From contig NW_004797970.1 in the NCBI RefSeq assembly GCF_000002075.1, forward strand, positions 262,925 to 285,322: 22,398 bases of DNA, in the 5' to 3' direction. The notes beneath the pieces were generated by a model. That model made no database searches. It saw only the letters and a program-made list of their open reading frames with translations, and was not told the DNA's origin. The stretch comes from Aplysia californica. Its lineage: Eukaryota. Position numbers and translations under genes: made by a program. This document shows, in pieces, positions 9,783 through 20,127 of this stretch (within the stretch, counting starts at the first letter, position 1; each line of letters begins with the position of its first letter).

Positions 9783-12062
9783 GTATGGAAAGTTATGTTT
9801 TTTGTTTAAGAACATGTGTGTAATATAATCTTGATATTGTTCGATACCCTTACTTTTTTGCTGATAATTTATAATCAGAGACTCTAAAAATAATACAGTA
9901 AATGTTTTTAATACTCTCTTTATAGTTTTTGTCTTTTAAATGTCAACTGTTTTTATCCTGGCCGTACCCCCACGGAATCTGTACCTGTCCTGGGGCCTCC
10001 GCCCCATATAAGACCGCCCAATATAAGATGGAATTCGGGCTGTATTTCTTACATTTACTCTCAGATTTTAAGGAAATTTGACAGTTATGTTAAAAATTGA
10101 ATATAGTATCTGAAAATGTTAGTGGTATTGCACCATGTAGATTTTATGGTATATTCCACCATCCAACTTGCCCTGATTGCCTCGCCTACAACGTCCCCTT
10201 GGATTTATAGATCTACCCTACCCATCGGTACTGCTCGAATTCCAGCACTGGTCCCTTCACCATGATCTGAATCATTATTAGATGAGTCTAATTCCTGTTT
10301 GTTATCGTACACAATGGAGTTTACAGCACTTGATTCAGAGTCACTTTCATCAAATTAGTCTCATTCCCCCTCACAACCCAGTGACACTTCAAGAAGTACT
10401 TTGTCAGTTGTGAATGTGCGTTTTCAAGACATTTTTCATGCTTCTACACCCATCAGAAACAAAGAAATCACTGTACATTGGAAAATTGAAGTATTCAAAC
10501 TGAGCTAGCATCGCTGTATTTGTGTATTTTGGTAATTACAAGCAGAACTAGCTGTTTCACGTGACCATATAGCTGTTCAGAGTTTACTCGTAGCCCGGTC
10601 TGGTCCTCGTTATGAGTACACACTTAGCTGGGATAAAAAGAATTAAGGAAATTAATGTCCAACCCTCTGTTGGCTACAAAAGAAGAAAAAAAGTTTATGA
10701 AGTCTGAAAAGATAACTGAACTTTTTAACTTACAAAAATAACAAAATAATGTGACATGTTGGGAACACTGATATATTTTTGCGGAGATTTTATTTGCTTT
10801 TGCTTGAACAGTCGATTAAATGGATGTTGGAGGATTCAGCTTCTTAAGCATATATATACTTTTTTTATATTTGGCGTAGTGTGTTGCTTTGATCTTGTAC
10901 ACAACTACCACAACAAGAGAGTCTTTGTGTCAATTTTTTTTTCTTTTCTTCTTTCTTTACAAAAAAAATCTCATGGTTCCATGTATCATCCTGAAAACAA
11001 CTGCTACCACAATTGTTAACATAATTATTTATCACTGTACTGGATACAACATTGCATATTTCAAGAGAAGGTGACGCCTGTCACACAGTGCTAACAGAAT
11101 GTTGCAAAGTGTAGTAGGCTTGATCATTCACAGAAAAGTCACATTTGGTACTGGGAAGATGAAGCCTGTGCTTCAGTTTAAAGATTGAATTACAAATTTA
11201 AAAAACAACAACTTTGAAATCTGTTGTACCATTTGTATTTTTTCATGAATGTTTTTGTTCTTTGTTGCTAGTTTCTGAACTGTAGTATTCAGAAATGTTT
11301 TCCTTTGATCTTTTTTCAGGAACTAGTTTTTTTATGATGAACAGAGAAAAAATCACTGTGCTATAGCTTGTTTACTTTCGTCTGGATTAAATGAATTTTA
11401 AGTTGTTTATTAATTCAACAATTCACATGTGACTTTGAATGACAATTCATGGCACAGTGACCAAGAGAAATTTTTTATAAAAAAAGAAATCTTGATCTGG
11501 TAAGAAAAACGTTTCTTTATTTGGTCCCTATATTAAGTACCACTCTTTGGGTGCATACATAGGACCACCACAATAATGATTTACAGTAACTTAGCCTTCA
11601 AATCGGTCATTTTGAGACAGCGACAACACGCTGCCCCCACATTTCAGTGTAAGCCTGTAGATTGCAGTCTATCTAGACATTTCCATTTGAGTCTCAAAAA
11701 GTGATCACCCGTCTGTTGGACTGCGTTTAAATGTGGTGTTGATAAAATTAGGTCAACTATTTGATGTTGTGGGTGAATGTTATAGATTCCATATAACTGT
11801 TCTTTTTCCTGCTCTCGGAAAATAATAAAGAAAATGTGTTAAAATCTTAGTTTGCAGTGACCTGAATTTAATTTTATTCATCCAACTTCTAGACCCACTT
11901 GCGGAAACCTGAGAAGATTGAACAGAGTGATTTGTTTTTATTTTGTTTTACCTGGAGACAGATGCTAGTGAACAAGCTATAGTTGAATGATGTCTGGTTA
12001 TCACATTAAGGATGTAGAACCCAGGAGAAAAATTGTCTGAGTAGATAAAATGTTTTTTCCAG

Positions 12063-12318
12063 GAAAATGACTGTGCCAAGAAGCCAATGCATTGTCAGTT
12101 CTGTGAGCTGAGTTTCCCGAAAGCTGATTTGGCGTCTCACTTTGACTACTGCGGTAGCCGTACAGAGTGCTGCCCCCTGTGCCAGCAGTACATCATGCTC
12201 AAGGACATGGTTCAGCACGAAAACTCGGGATGCTCCTACCCTGAGCCGAAGCCCGCTGCCGCCCCAGCCAGCAGTAACACAGATCCCTTCCGCATGGAAG
12301 AACTTCACTATATGCTGG
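12063..12318 (+). CDS. XAF1: XAF1-like coding exon 3 (TRAF-type zinc finger: ENDCAKKPMHCQFCELSFPKADLASHFDYCGSRTECCPLCQQYIMLKDMVQHENSGC...)
   Basis: The acceptor is tgttttttccag| at 12062 and the donor is atgctgg|gtaact at 12319. The motif DYCGSRTECCPLCQQYIMLKDMVQHENSGC matches the human XAF1 motif ESYCGSRTELCQGCGQFIMHRMLAQHRDVC. Exon 2 joins exon 3 to give the same spacing as human (MEKHM-ENDCAKKPMHCQFC versus LEFHKANECQERPVECKFC). The exon ends with 1 extra nt (g). Confidence 0.85.
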
Positions 12319-12883
12319 GTAACTAACACAGTTCACTCTTTGAGAAAAGATTTACTTCATTGAGGATGCATATTCTGGTCATTTGGCAACTTTTTAAGAC
12401 ATGCTGTATCCACATAGATTTTTTCAGTTCTGTTTAATCTGAAACTTGAAAAGGGAGGCAACAACATGCATATTGTGATGCATCTGGCTCATGTTTCTGA
12501 TTTGTGTATGATGGTTTGAAATGTGCCACATTATTGCTGTTGGTCTGCTGCTGATCAGACATGTGATTCCCCTACATCCCTACAGTGTTTATAGCTGACG
12601 CTTTTTACTTTCTGGCTCTTAAAATTTTCTTCCTGACTAGATTTGCTTTTCCACGTCCTTTGCTTTTAGTCTTCAGTGACTGGTGCTTTTTTGGTTTGCG
12701 TGTAGGATTCTATGATTAGTCAATAAAAAAGAGTTACTGAAAATAATTAAAAGCTCTGGGCAAGTTTTCTGTGTGCTTCTCACAAGGGTTCAGTGGGCAC
12801 TGTCACTTAATAGCAAATACAGCAAAACTTTCAGTCTTTTGAATAAGGCAACAATGACTCCGGTCACTGACTAATCTTCAGCC

Positions 12884-13100
12884 TCTGTGGTGTAGTAGTT
12901 AGGCAGTTCGCTGTTGCAGGCAGGAGATTTGGGTTTGATACCTGACCAGGGACAGTTTTTTATTGAGTGTCTTGGTCTTTCTGCTTGGATACTGTATCCC
13001 TCTCAGCCTGGGTTGGCCCTGACAGGCAGGGTAAGAAGCCCACCTCTTAAATTATATAAATTTGTGTCGATGGGGCGCTAAAATACCTACATTAAAACTG
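12884..13100 (+). mobile_element. Second, unrelated tRNA-derived SINE-like element in intron 3
   Basis: It has a tRNA-like head ctctgtggtgtagtagttaggcagttcgctg...gggtttgatacctgaccagg (A-box-like TGGTGTAGTAGTTAGG and B-box-like GGTTTGATACC), followed by a short body ending ...gtcgatggggcgctaaaatacctac. It has no similarity to the 18316 family. Confidence 0.45.
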
Positions 13101-13460
13101 ACGGATCAGGTCTACTTTTTCTTTTTCTGTTCGGTTTGTACAGTGCTGACTTGATTGGTCTGCATGCTTCTCTTTCCTCACGCAAATGAAAGGTGCATGA
13201 ATTTTATGTCAGAATTATCCAATATGTCTGAGTGCCTCAGTCTAAATGACACTCTAAAAATATGAGTTTGAAAAGTATGTTGCATGTTACAGAACAGTAA
13301 AAAATTTTTTTTTAAAATGGTACTTTAATAAATGTTTTTGGACTCCTTTCAATAGCATTTCTAGTTCACCAGGTGTAAATAATGCTTTTATTTTTTATGC
13401 TCCAGTCACCATTGTCAGTTGAGCAGAAATTGTAGCAAGACTCTTTGTTATCCTTTGCAG

Positions 13461-13664
13461 ACGCCCATGACTTTGGTTCGAGAGATATGTTCCCCGATGT
13501 CACCTCAAACTTACGCAGAGAGCTGAACCGCAACAGAGCCGCTGAGCCCGAAGCCTCCGCCAGGCCCTCGGCTGCCAGCGGAAACAAACCGAGCTTATCT
13601 AATGCCAGGAGGGCCAAGAACTCCACAAGCAAAAAGTCGGACGTGAATGTTCAGAGAGCGAGAA
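13461..13664 (+). CDS. XAF1: XAF1-like coding exon 4 (Ser/Arg/Lys-rich low-complexity linker: DAHDFGSRDMFPDVTSNLRRELNRNRAAEPEASARPSAASGNKPSLSNARRAKNSTSKKSDVNVQRARS)
   Basis: The acceptor is tcctttgcag| at 13460 and the donor is agagcgagaa|gtaaga at 13665. The frame is continuous with exon 3: g + ac gives gac. It lies inside the long open frame 13445-13939 and ends with 1 extra nt (a). There is no direct homology support; the call rests on splice signals, phase consistency and the open frame. Confidence 0.55.
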
Positions 13665-14070
13665 GTAAGATTTTAAAGAAAATTGTCAGAGCCTGTTTAG
13701 AAAGAAATTCTATAAGATCTTTTGTGTTTTGTGATCGGGACTTTGTATTACTTGGCTTAAACCATGTTTTGTTGTTGTTGTTGTTGTTTTCAAATCCCTT
13801 TAGCTGCGAGCATTTCGCTCTTGGCAGCACTATGCCTCCCCTAAGTAACCACATGTCCTTGTCATCTGGTCAACACCGGAGTAAGTCGGTAGGTGTGTGT
13901 AGGAGCCTGCGTCGAAGAACTGCTTGGTTTGGGCAGTGAAGGAGAAGATGTTCAATGGTCTCCTCGTGGTAGTCACAGCGTCTGCAATGGGGTTCCCACA
14001 TGGGATTAATTCTGTTTATGTGCTTCTTATGCTTTGTTCTTAAACTTACATTGGGAGATCTTTGCATATA
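13650..14070 (-). mobile_element. Non-LTR retrotransposon ORF2 C-terminal remnant (zf-RVT-like motif), antisense within intron 4 of the XAF1-like gene
   Basis: The minus-strand ORF 13870-14067 encodes ...NPMWEPHCRRCDYHEETIEHLLLHCPNQAVLRRRL, the C-x2-C...ET.EHLL.HCP...R zinc-binding motif typical of LINE reverse-transcriptase C-termini. A (GTT)n run at 13776-13795 lies downstream. Confidence 0.6.
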
Positions 14071-14306
14071 TATCGTTCATCCAAGAAGCCACTTATTAAT
14101 TGGACCTATGGTTCAAACCTGCTCTAACAACCACCTTTTGAAGACAGTCACTTTTACAAACGACCACTTTTTGCATTAAAAAAATTTAGTGTGTCCTAGA
14201 CATTCACTTGTCTAAGACAAACACTTTTCTCATTGTCAATGAACCGTGGTCTTATTCAGTTGTGACTACTTTTTTGTTATTGAATTCTTACTGATTTTCT
14301 ATCAAA

Positions 14307-14408
14307 CCCCCCCCCCCCCCCCCGCCCCCCCACCCAAACCGCATCACCACCGCCACATCCTTACACCCTGCCCTACTCTCTCTCATAACACACACACACA
14401 CACACACA
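14307..14408. repeat. Poly-C tract (17 C, g, 7 C), C-rich spacer, then (CA)n microsatellite at 14388-14408, in intron 4
   Basis: This is a direct read of the sequence. Confidence 0.9.
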
Positions 14409-14490
14409 TACTTATTGACATTGAAAAGGCGATGAGTACTGTGGTCAATATCTGAGAATGTGTTGTTGTATCTGCCTTGTTTTCCTACAG

Positions 14491-14600
14491 ATCTGGTGCC
14501 CATAGAATCCTCGGAAGACGACTGGAAGTCTTCTATACCTCCTGACATGGATTACGACACGATGCTGGCTCTGCAACTGGCTCATGAGGACTGGCAAGAG
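14491..14600 (+). CDS. XAF1: XAF1-like coding exon 5 (NLVPIESSEDDWKSSIPPDMDYDTMLALQLAHEDWQE; acidic helix resembling a UIM/MIU ubiquitin-binding motif)
   Basis: The acceptor is ttttcctacag| at 14490 and the donor is caagag|gtgagt at 14601. Phase 1 in (a + at gives aat) and phase 0 out. It lies in the open frame 14460-14642. Confidence 0.55.
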
Positions 14601-14778
14601 GTGAGTTTATACATAGGGAGGCCTGCCAAGTACTTTAATTAAATAGGAGCTCTCCCCTTTTTAAAAAAAAACTTGTTGGAGGGCCCTGATCGGATTTACA
14701 TAAAATTTGATTTTTTTTCTTTAATTTCCTTTCCTTTGGTCCTATGCGACTTATCTCCAGCCAGCTCTGTCCCATATA

Positions 14779-15000
14779 TCAGAGATCTTCGTCTTGATCT
14801 CGCTCCCGGGTGGATCTCAGCTTTCCTCTCTCTCTCTCCTTCCCTAAGGGGTTCTTTCTTATACTTTGTCTTGTCGTGATGTGGTTTGGCTTTCTGAGTG
14901 TTTGTCCAATCCATTGCCATCTTCTTCTCTTAATCCCTTGTTGTTTGCTTCGCCTTAAAAATGCTGCATTTCTGATAGTGTCCTGCCGGTGGATTTTCAT
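14779..15000 (-). mobile_element. Possible degenerate retrotransposon ORF fragment (basic G-K-R-x-R-G-R/K motif region)
   Basis: The minus-strand ORF 14779-15000 contains ...RKNPLGKERERGKLRSTRERD..., which loosely resembles the WNPQGKRKRGRP...TWRR motif seen in many invertebrate LINE proteins. The match is weak. Confidence 0.25.
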
Positions 15001-15363
15001 GATCTTCCTCAGGCAACCATTAATGAAGGACTGTAATTTATTTATGATCTGCTTTGTTAGTTGCAGTGTTTCTGATTCTTACAATAATGAATTTTTTACA
15101 TTTGTACTGAAAATCGTGATCTTTGTACTTGTTTTGATAAAAGCCTGCCTCCTTCTAAATGATCTAAATTAGGTGGATGGGACGTAAAAACTTCTGCATC
15201 TAAAAAATAAAGAAGAGTCAGGCCACTATATTATCTTTTGTTCTCCATGCATACAGTTCCTACAGATACAGTTGGGTTTGATATGTGATGGAGACCTGGT
15301 TTATACTAAGGTAGCTCCAAGTTGTTGTTTTTTCGCCTTCTGGTCAGTTTTGAGATACTTTAG

Positions 15364-15404
15364 AGGGCCTATTACATGTACAGGCCGACTGGACAGGTTT
15401 CTGG
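15364..15404. repeat. Left arm of a 41-bp inverted repeat (gggcctattacatgtacaggccgactggacaggtttctgggcc); its partner is at 17661-17701
   Basis: The reverse complement of 17661-17701 is gggcctattacatgtataggccgagcagacaggtttttgac. That gives 34 of 41 matches, including a 16-nt perfect core. Confidence 0.65.
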
Positions 15405-15469
15405 GCCGTATGGCCAATTGTAACGTGTAATAAGGTATGCGGCTCAAACCATAGGCGAAGACCCTGTGA

Positions 15470-16850
15470 ATAGCCGGCCCGCCAGATGTCAAGAACCCAC
15501 AGCCGCTGCCTTTTCAAGCAGAATACAAAAAACTAATAGATAAATACCCCGGGCTCTTCACAGATGGCTCCAAAAAAGACAATGAAGTAGGCGCCGCAGC
15601 CCTATCTTCCAACAGTACACACCAGAGGAGACTCCATCCTGAAGCCTCCATTTTCTCTGCGGAGGCCACTGCCATTGACATGGCACTGGACTCTGTAGAA
15701 AATTCTCCTAACAAATCTTTCCTTATCCTTTCTGACTCTCTGTCTTGCATCACCTCACTCACAAACTACACACTCTTACACCCAAAAATAGTTAGGCTAC
15801 AACAGAAAATCCACACACTATCCGAAACAGGAAAAAACATCATGTTCGCATGGATACCCAGCTATGTGGGCATCCGAGGAAACGAGCAGGTAGACAACCT
15901 GGCGAAGAAAGCTTCATCCCTTCTGCTGGGATCAACGACATGGCACTGGACTCTGTAGAAAATTCTCCTAACAAATCTTTCCTTATCCTTTCTGACTCTC
16001 TGTCTTGCATCACCTCACTCACAAACTACACACTCTTACACCCAAAAATAGTTAGGCTACAACAGAAAATCCACACACTATCCGAAACAGGAAAAAACAT
16101 CATGTTCGCATGGATACCCAGCTATGTGGGCATCCGAGGAAACGAGCAGGTAGACAACCTGGCGAAGAAAGCTTCATCCCTTCTGCTGGGATCAACGACA
16201 AACACTCTCCCATAGACTGACTTTAGAAATAAAGTAAAAAAGTACACCTCCAGTCTGTGGGAGAGCCACTGGGAAAACCAGAAAAACAATAAACTATATG
16301 AAATAAAACCCAAACTAGAACAGCGAAATCCTTCGGACCTCTCCAGAAGAGACGAAGTCATTTTTACTCGATTGTGCATCGGACACACGGCCCTGACCTT
16401 CAAATACCTCCTACAGGGAGATGAGAAGCCGTTCTGTGTCGGATGCGACACAGATTTTACCATTAGACACATTTTAACAGAATGTCTAGACTTTGGAGAG
16501 ATCCGAAGGAAATATTATAAATGCAAGAAATTGCAGGATATTTTTTCCGTCGTTGTTCCCAGCAGAATTTAAAACTTTATAAAGGCCATTGGCCTTTATG
16601 GCCAGTTGTAGAGTGAATTTGATATTATTAAAAATTTTTATTGTTACTTAAAAGAGTTGTTTTAAATCACAAATGTATTTACACTGAATTTAAATATTTT
16701 AACTTTTTAGCATTTTAAAGTAAATTAGTTAACCAGTCGTGAAGTGAACTTTTGCTAAGGTGAACAACTTGTGTTTCGCGCGCTCATATGACCTTAGCAG
16801 TTGCGAGCGCCGTAAAACCCTATACTATACATACATACATACAAAGGATT
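15470..16850 (+). mobile_element. Non-LTR (LINE) retrotransposon, 5'-truncated 3' fragment: RNase H domain, C-terminal zf-RVT-like Cys/His motif, and AT-rich 3' UTR ending in an (ATAC)n tail
   Basis: The translated frame from about 15470 reads ...KYPGLFTDGSKKDNEVGAAALSSN...SIFSAEATAIDMALDSV...ILSDSLSCITSL...IMFAWIPSYVGIRGNEQVDNLAKKA, a canonical RNase H signature (DGS...AE...D...G.GNE.AD.LAK). Downstream, RLCIGHTALTFKYLLQGDEKPFCVGCDTDFTIRHILTECLDFGEIR matches the LINE ORF2 C-terminal zinc-binding motif. The stop is at 16570. The frame is disrupted by an internal duplication, so this is a dead copy. Confidence 0.8.
15679..16198 (+). repeat. 260-bp tandem duplication inside the LINE RNase H region (copy 1 about 15679-15938, copy 2 about 15939-16198)
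   Basis: The string catggcactggactctgtagaaaattctcctaacaaatc... at 15679 recurs at 15939. The two ORFs 15680-15958 and 15850-16215 contain the same peptide (MALDSVENSPNKSF...LLLGSTT). The junction is at gatcaacgaca|tggcactgg, with gaca microhomology. Confidence 0.85.
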
Positions 16851-17660
16851 TTCCTTGATCTAAATCCTAAATGTTATATTTTGAATTATTTTAAGGGAAA
16901 GGTATAATAATTTAAAAAATGAAAACTGATTTTAAAAGGTGTTAAAATCTATTGTTCAAGCACGTTTTGTCTTCCCTGCTATGTTTTAAAATTGAATTCC
17001 TTTCTTGATATCGATGTCAACTGAATGCCAAATTGGAAATGAATTTTCCAAGAATATATACTTTTAAAAAATCGTTGTTTTTTTAAAAGTTTGTATGCAT
17101 CTCACGTTTGTTAAACGTAAAAAGTTCATTTTCTCAAAATTATATGTCTATACCGTACCTAGCAAAATGTGCAATATCTCAAAAACTACTTGAGATATCT
17201 AAAAATTTCAAAAACCCCTGTGTTCAGCATTGAATTTCCTATAAGGTACAAGCCTTAACTCAAAATTGTCAAAATTGGACTTTTGGTACCTTTCTTTAGG
17301 CACACACACATATATGTCTCTTCGTCCATTCTCATGAAGTTTTTGACACCTTCTGGAAATGCTCTAAACTCATCCAGCAGATTTGTTTGTGATAGCGCAT
17401 TCCTCTTCAATAACCAATCCTTTGACCACATGCGACATTGTTTTCTTTGTTTTTGTTTTTTTTAAACTTGATAAAAATGGCTAAATCATCCAGAACTGTT
17501 CTGTCTGCCATGATGCACACACGTGTGTGAAATTTCACCCAGACTAGGCCTAGTGTGTAGAATATGTTGCTCGTGAGGTGCGGCATCCTTCAGATGGATT
17601 GTGGCGTGTAATACTAAACTAAGTGTCTTCGATTTCGTTTGGCTGTACGTCTTGCCTACA

Positions 17661-17701
17661 GTCAAAAACCTGTCTGCTCGGCCTATACATGTAATAGGCC
17701 C
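17661..17701. repeat. Right arm of the 41-bp inverted repeat bracketing 15364-17701 (which contains the + strand LINE fragment)
   Basis: See the left-arm entry. Confidence 0.65.
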
Positions 17702-18315
17702 TTAACCCTTTGAATTCTGGGCTCGTGGGCCTTTAATGGGTAAAACCCTGGACTTCTGAGTAATTTCCTTGATTTTTGTTAGGTATTCTTTTCTACTGCT
17801 TACTTTAGTGTTGTTCTTATCTATTTTTTTCATTTTTTGTTGTAATTATATCACATTGATGCTGCTGTTGGGTATTTGTGTTCTTTTCTGTAAACACGCA
17901 CCAAATTTAGGTTGGTATGTCATACCGATATTTCGGTACCCCAGGGTTTTTGTCGCGTTCTTTTTATACCGATATTTCGGTACAAAGGGTTCTAAGGGTT
18001 AATAATGCTTCATTTGTTCAAGACAATCGGCAGTTTGTAATTCTTGTTACATTCGTTGGATTTGTTTGTGCTATTATCTAATTATTATGTATATAGAATT
18101 TTTGTTTTAAAAAAAAAAAAGTTTTGTTAGCTTGCCATATGGCTCTATCGAAGAGAACTGGTTCTTTGTGCTTGGCATAAACATTCTAGAAATGTTATAG
18201 CAATTCAAAATTAGGTCTTATCATGTCAAATTGGAATGAACAATTCCTGTGAAAACATGTGAATGACAAAAGAGGTCAATAACATTTAACACTTGCTCAT
18301 TTCTAAGAATTGATT

Positions 18316-18835
18316 GGGGGGCTCTCGTGGCCTAGAGGTTAAGGTGTCCGCCTCTTATTCAAAGGTCCCAGGTTCGAATCCAGGTAGCAATGGAAACATT
18401 TTCTTCTCCAAAATTGTCTCCTTTCACCTCCCTTCTTTCCTGCCCTCTGACAATGTTCAGTAGTCTGCTTTCGTCTCCACGTTCTACCCCCACACCCTCA
18501 CCTCCTTTGCCCCCTCCTCTGGGTTCCTGACTCATTCTGCAGCCTTTCTACTGCTACTCCTTGGCTCCTTCTTTCTGTTGTCTTTCAGCCACACCCTTGA
18601 TTTTCTGGTAGGAAGGGTCTACACCTAGCCTTCTCAGACAAGGGCAAAAAATCTTGGAGGTCCTGTGTTCAAGTTGCGCAAGTTAAAAATCCCTTGGTGG
18701 TCTCAAATGGATAAGAGTAGGCTTCAGCCACCACTTGGGCAAAATTCGAAATTTCCTACCAACTGAAAATGTTTAATGTTTCCCGTGCTCTCACATGACC
18801 TTGTGCAGTTGCGAGCGCAGTAAAACACTTATAAA
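18316..18835 (+). mobile_element. tRNA-derived SINE, copy 1 (tRNA-like head with A box TGGCCTAGAGGTTAAGG and B box GGTTCGAATCC; body; LINE-derived 3' tail)
   Basis: The head ggggctctcgtggcctagaggttaaggtg...ggttcgaatcc and the following roughly 200 nt are 85-90% identical to the copy at 22111-22398. The tRNA cloverleaf is degenerate, with no complementary D-stem or anticodon stem. The tail ctcacatgaccttgtgcagttgcgagcgcagtaaaac at about 18790-18830 matches the LINE 3' end at 16776-16815. Confidence 0.75.
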
Positions 18836-19515
18836 AAGGAAAAAAGAATTGATTTGTCTACTGTTCAATCTCGATCATCAATTCTCTGTGAACATTTAAC
18901 TGTTTCGTTCAACTATCCCATTGTATTACTTTTCTGTTGACCAGTTTCTGCTGTTAGTTTGAGAAATGTTGGTGCAGTGAAAAGTCTCATATGTTCTTCA
19001 TTCTTTTCAAGAGTTTTTAGGAGGAAAGGAGCCTTTGGAAGAGATGTGATTTGTTAATGGAAATTTCCTCTTCTTTCATAATTTGCTGTTGTCAACAATG
19101 TATTCAGTTAATATTTATCAAAAGTGGGAGAATTATTTTTTTAATTGTGAAATTTTGACAATACTCATGAATAGTTTGATGAAATGATAGATCTCTTGTA
19201 TTTTTCTTCGTAAACATCTTTTGATGTTGGGAATTTGTTTTGGTATTAATTAATCACTGAACGAAGCCTAATATTATAAGCTTTATTAAAGTTGGCACGA
19301 TAAGTGCTTTCAGTGTTTCTTTAATTCTGGCATTGAAACTAAGGCAATATTGCATTATTTGCAGCATCAACGGCAGTATGTATGTTTTTTTAATGTTATT
19401 CTGAAATTTGTCACTTTGATTAAGAAAAATTGTTTCCTTGCACTTTTAGAAAAATTGCGAAGGATCATTTATAATTGATCTGTGCCATAAAGTTTCTTTG
19501 AAATTTTGTTCCCAG

Positions 19516-19666
19516 GATTTGACACCAACAGTGAGAGATGACCGCCAACAAATAGACAACAGATTCAATATGGCCGACTTTAGGTGGGAGAGAGGGGAGG
19601 AAAACATTCCAGATTTCCAGAGGAACATACAGACTCAGGAACCCAGTCGGCAGAATGCAGGACAAG
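19516..19666 (+). CDS. XAF1: XAF1-like coding exon 6 (DLTPTVRDDRQQIDNRFNMADFRWERGEENIPDFQRNIQTQEPSRQNAGQ)
   Basis: The acceptor is tttgttcccag| at 19515 and the donor is gacaag|gtaaaa at 19667. Phase 0 in, ending with 1 extra nt (g) that completes gca (Ala) with exon 7. It lies in the open frame 19498-19686. Confidence 0.55.
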
Positions 19667-20127
19667 GTAAAAAATTGAAAATATAAAGCAGACCTGATAA
19701 GTACTCCAATAAAATCACAGCTTTCCGATGATTTTTTTGGGCGGGTTTTTGCCCTTCAAAGAACTTCAATTGGATTTGCATGAAATAGGAGTTTTTACTT
19801 TCATTAAAGAAAAATGCAAGTACGGAAGTGGTTGTTTGTACAGATGATTGTCTTTGACAGTTGGCTGTTAGAGCAGCTTCAACTGTATTTGGAGACTTCA
19901 CTGAATTTTTTATATATACTCTTTAGCTGTTTTTTTTTTTTAGGATAGCCCATTGCATAGCTTATCCTTTTAAATAAAAAGTCACCTTTTTAAAAAAAAC
20001 AAACAGTGGAGGTGATCGGTGACTCGAAACACAGTATGTTCATGCAGACCTGTTGGTATATGGACACGGTCAGTTTTCCCTTACAAAAGAATGATACAAT
20101 GAGTTGTAAAATCTTATCCTCATTCGC

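Noticed and set aside
9579-9815. Minus-strand ORF 9579-9815 (78 aa)
   Set aside because: It is an antisense shadow of exon 2 with no motif content.
12006-12363. ORF-track entries 12006-12329 (-) and 12142-12363 (+) overlapping XAF1-like exon 3
   Set aside because: They are antisense or alternative-frame shadows of a GC-rich coding exon. Only the frame of 12087-12326 carries the TRAF zinc-finger Cys/His pattern.
13665-13939. Continuation of the long ORF 13445-13939 beyond 13664 (KILKKIVRACLERNSIRSFVFCDRDFV...)
   Set aside because: There is a strong GTAAGA donor at 13665. The downstream part is AT-rich, contains a (GTT)n microsatellite and overlaps the antisense LINE remnant, so I treat it as intron read-through.
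14810-15172. ORF 14810-15172 (+), 120 aa, hydrophobic and low-complexity
   Set aside because: It is intronic and pyrimidine-rich with no domain signature or splice support. It overlaps a minus-strand retroelement-like fragment and is likely spurious.
18316-18390. Possible genuine tRNA genes at 18316 and 22111
   Set aside because: The D-stem and anticodon stem are not complementary, and the 18316 T-stem is mismatched (ccagg/ccagg). Both are followed by several hundred bp of shared non-tRNA sequence, which makes them SINE heads rather than tRNA genes.
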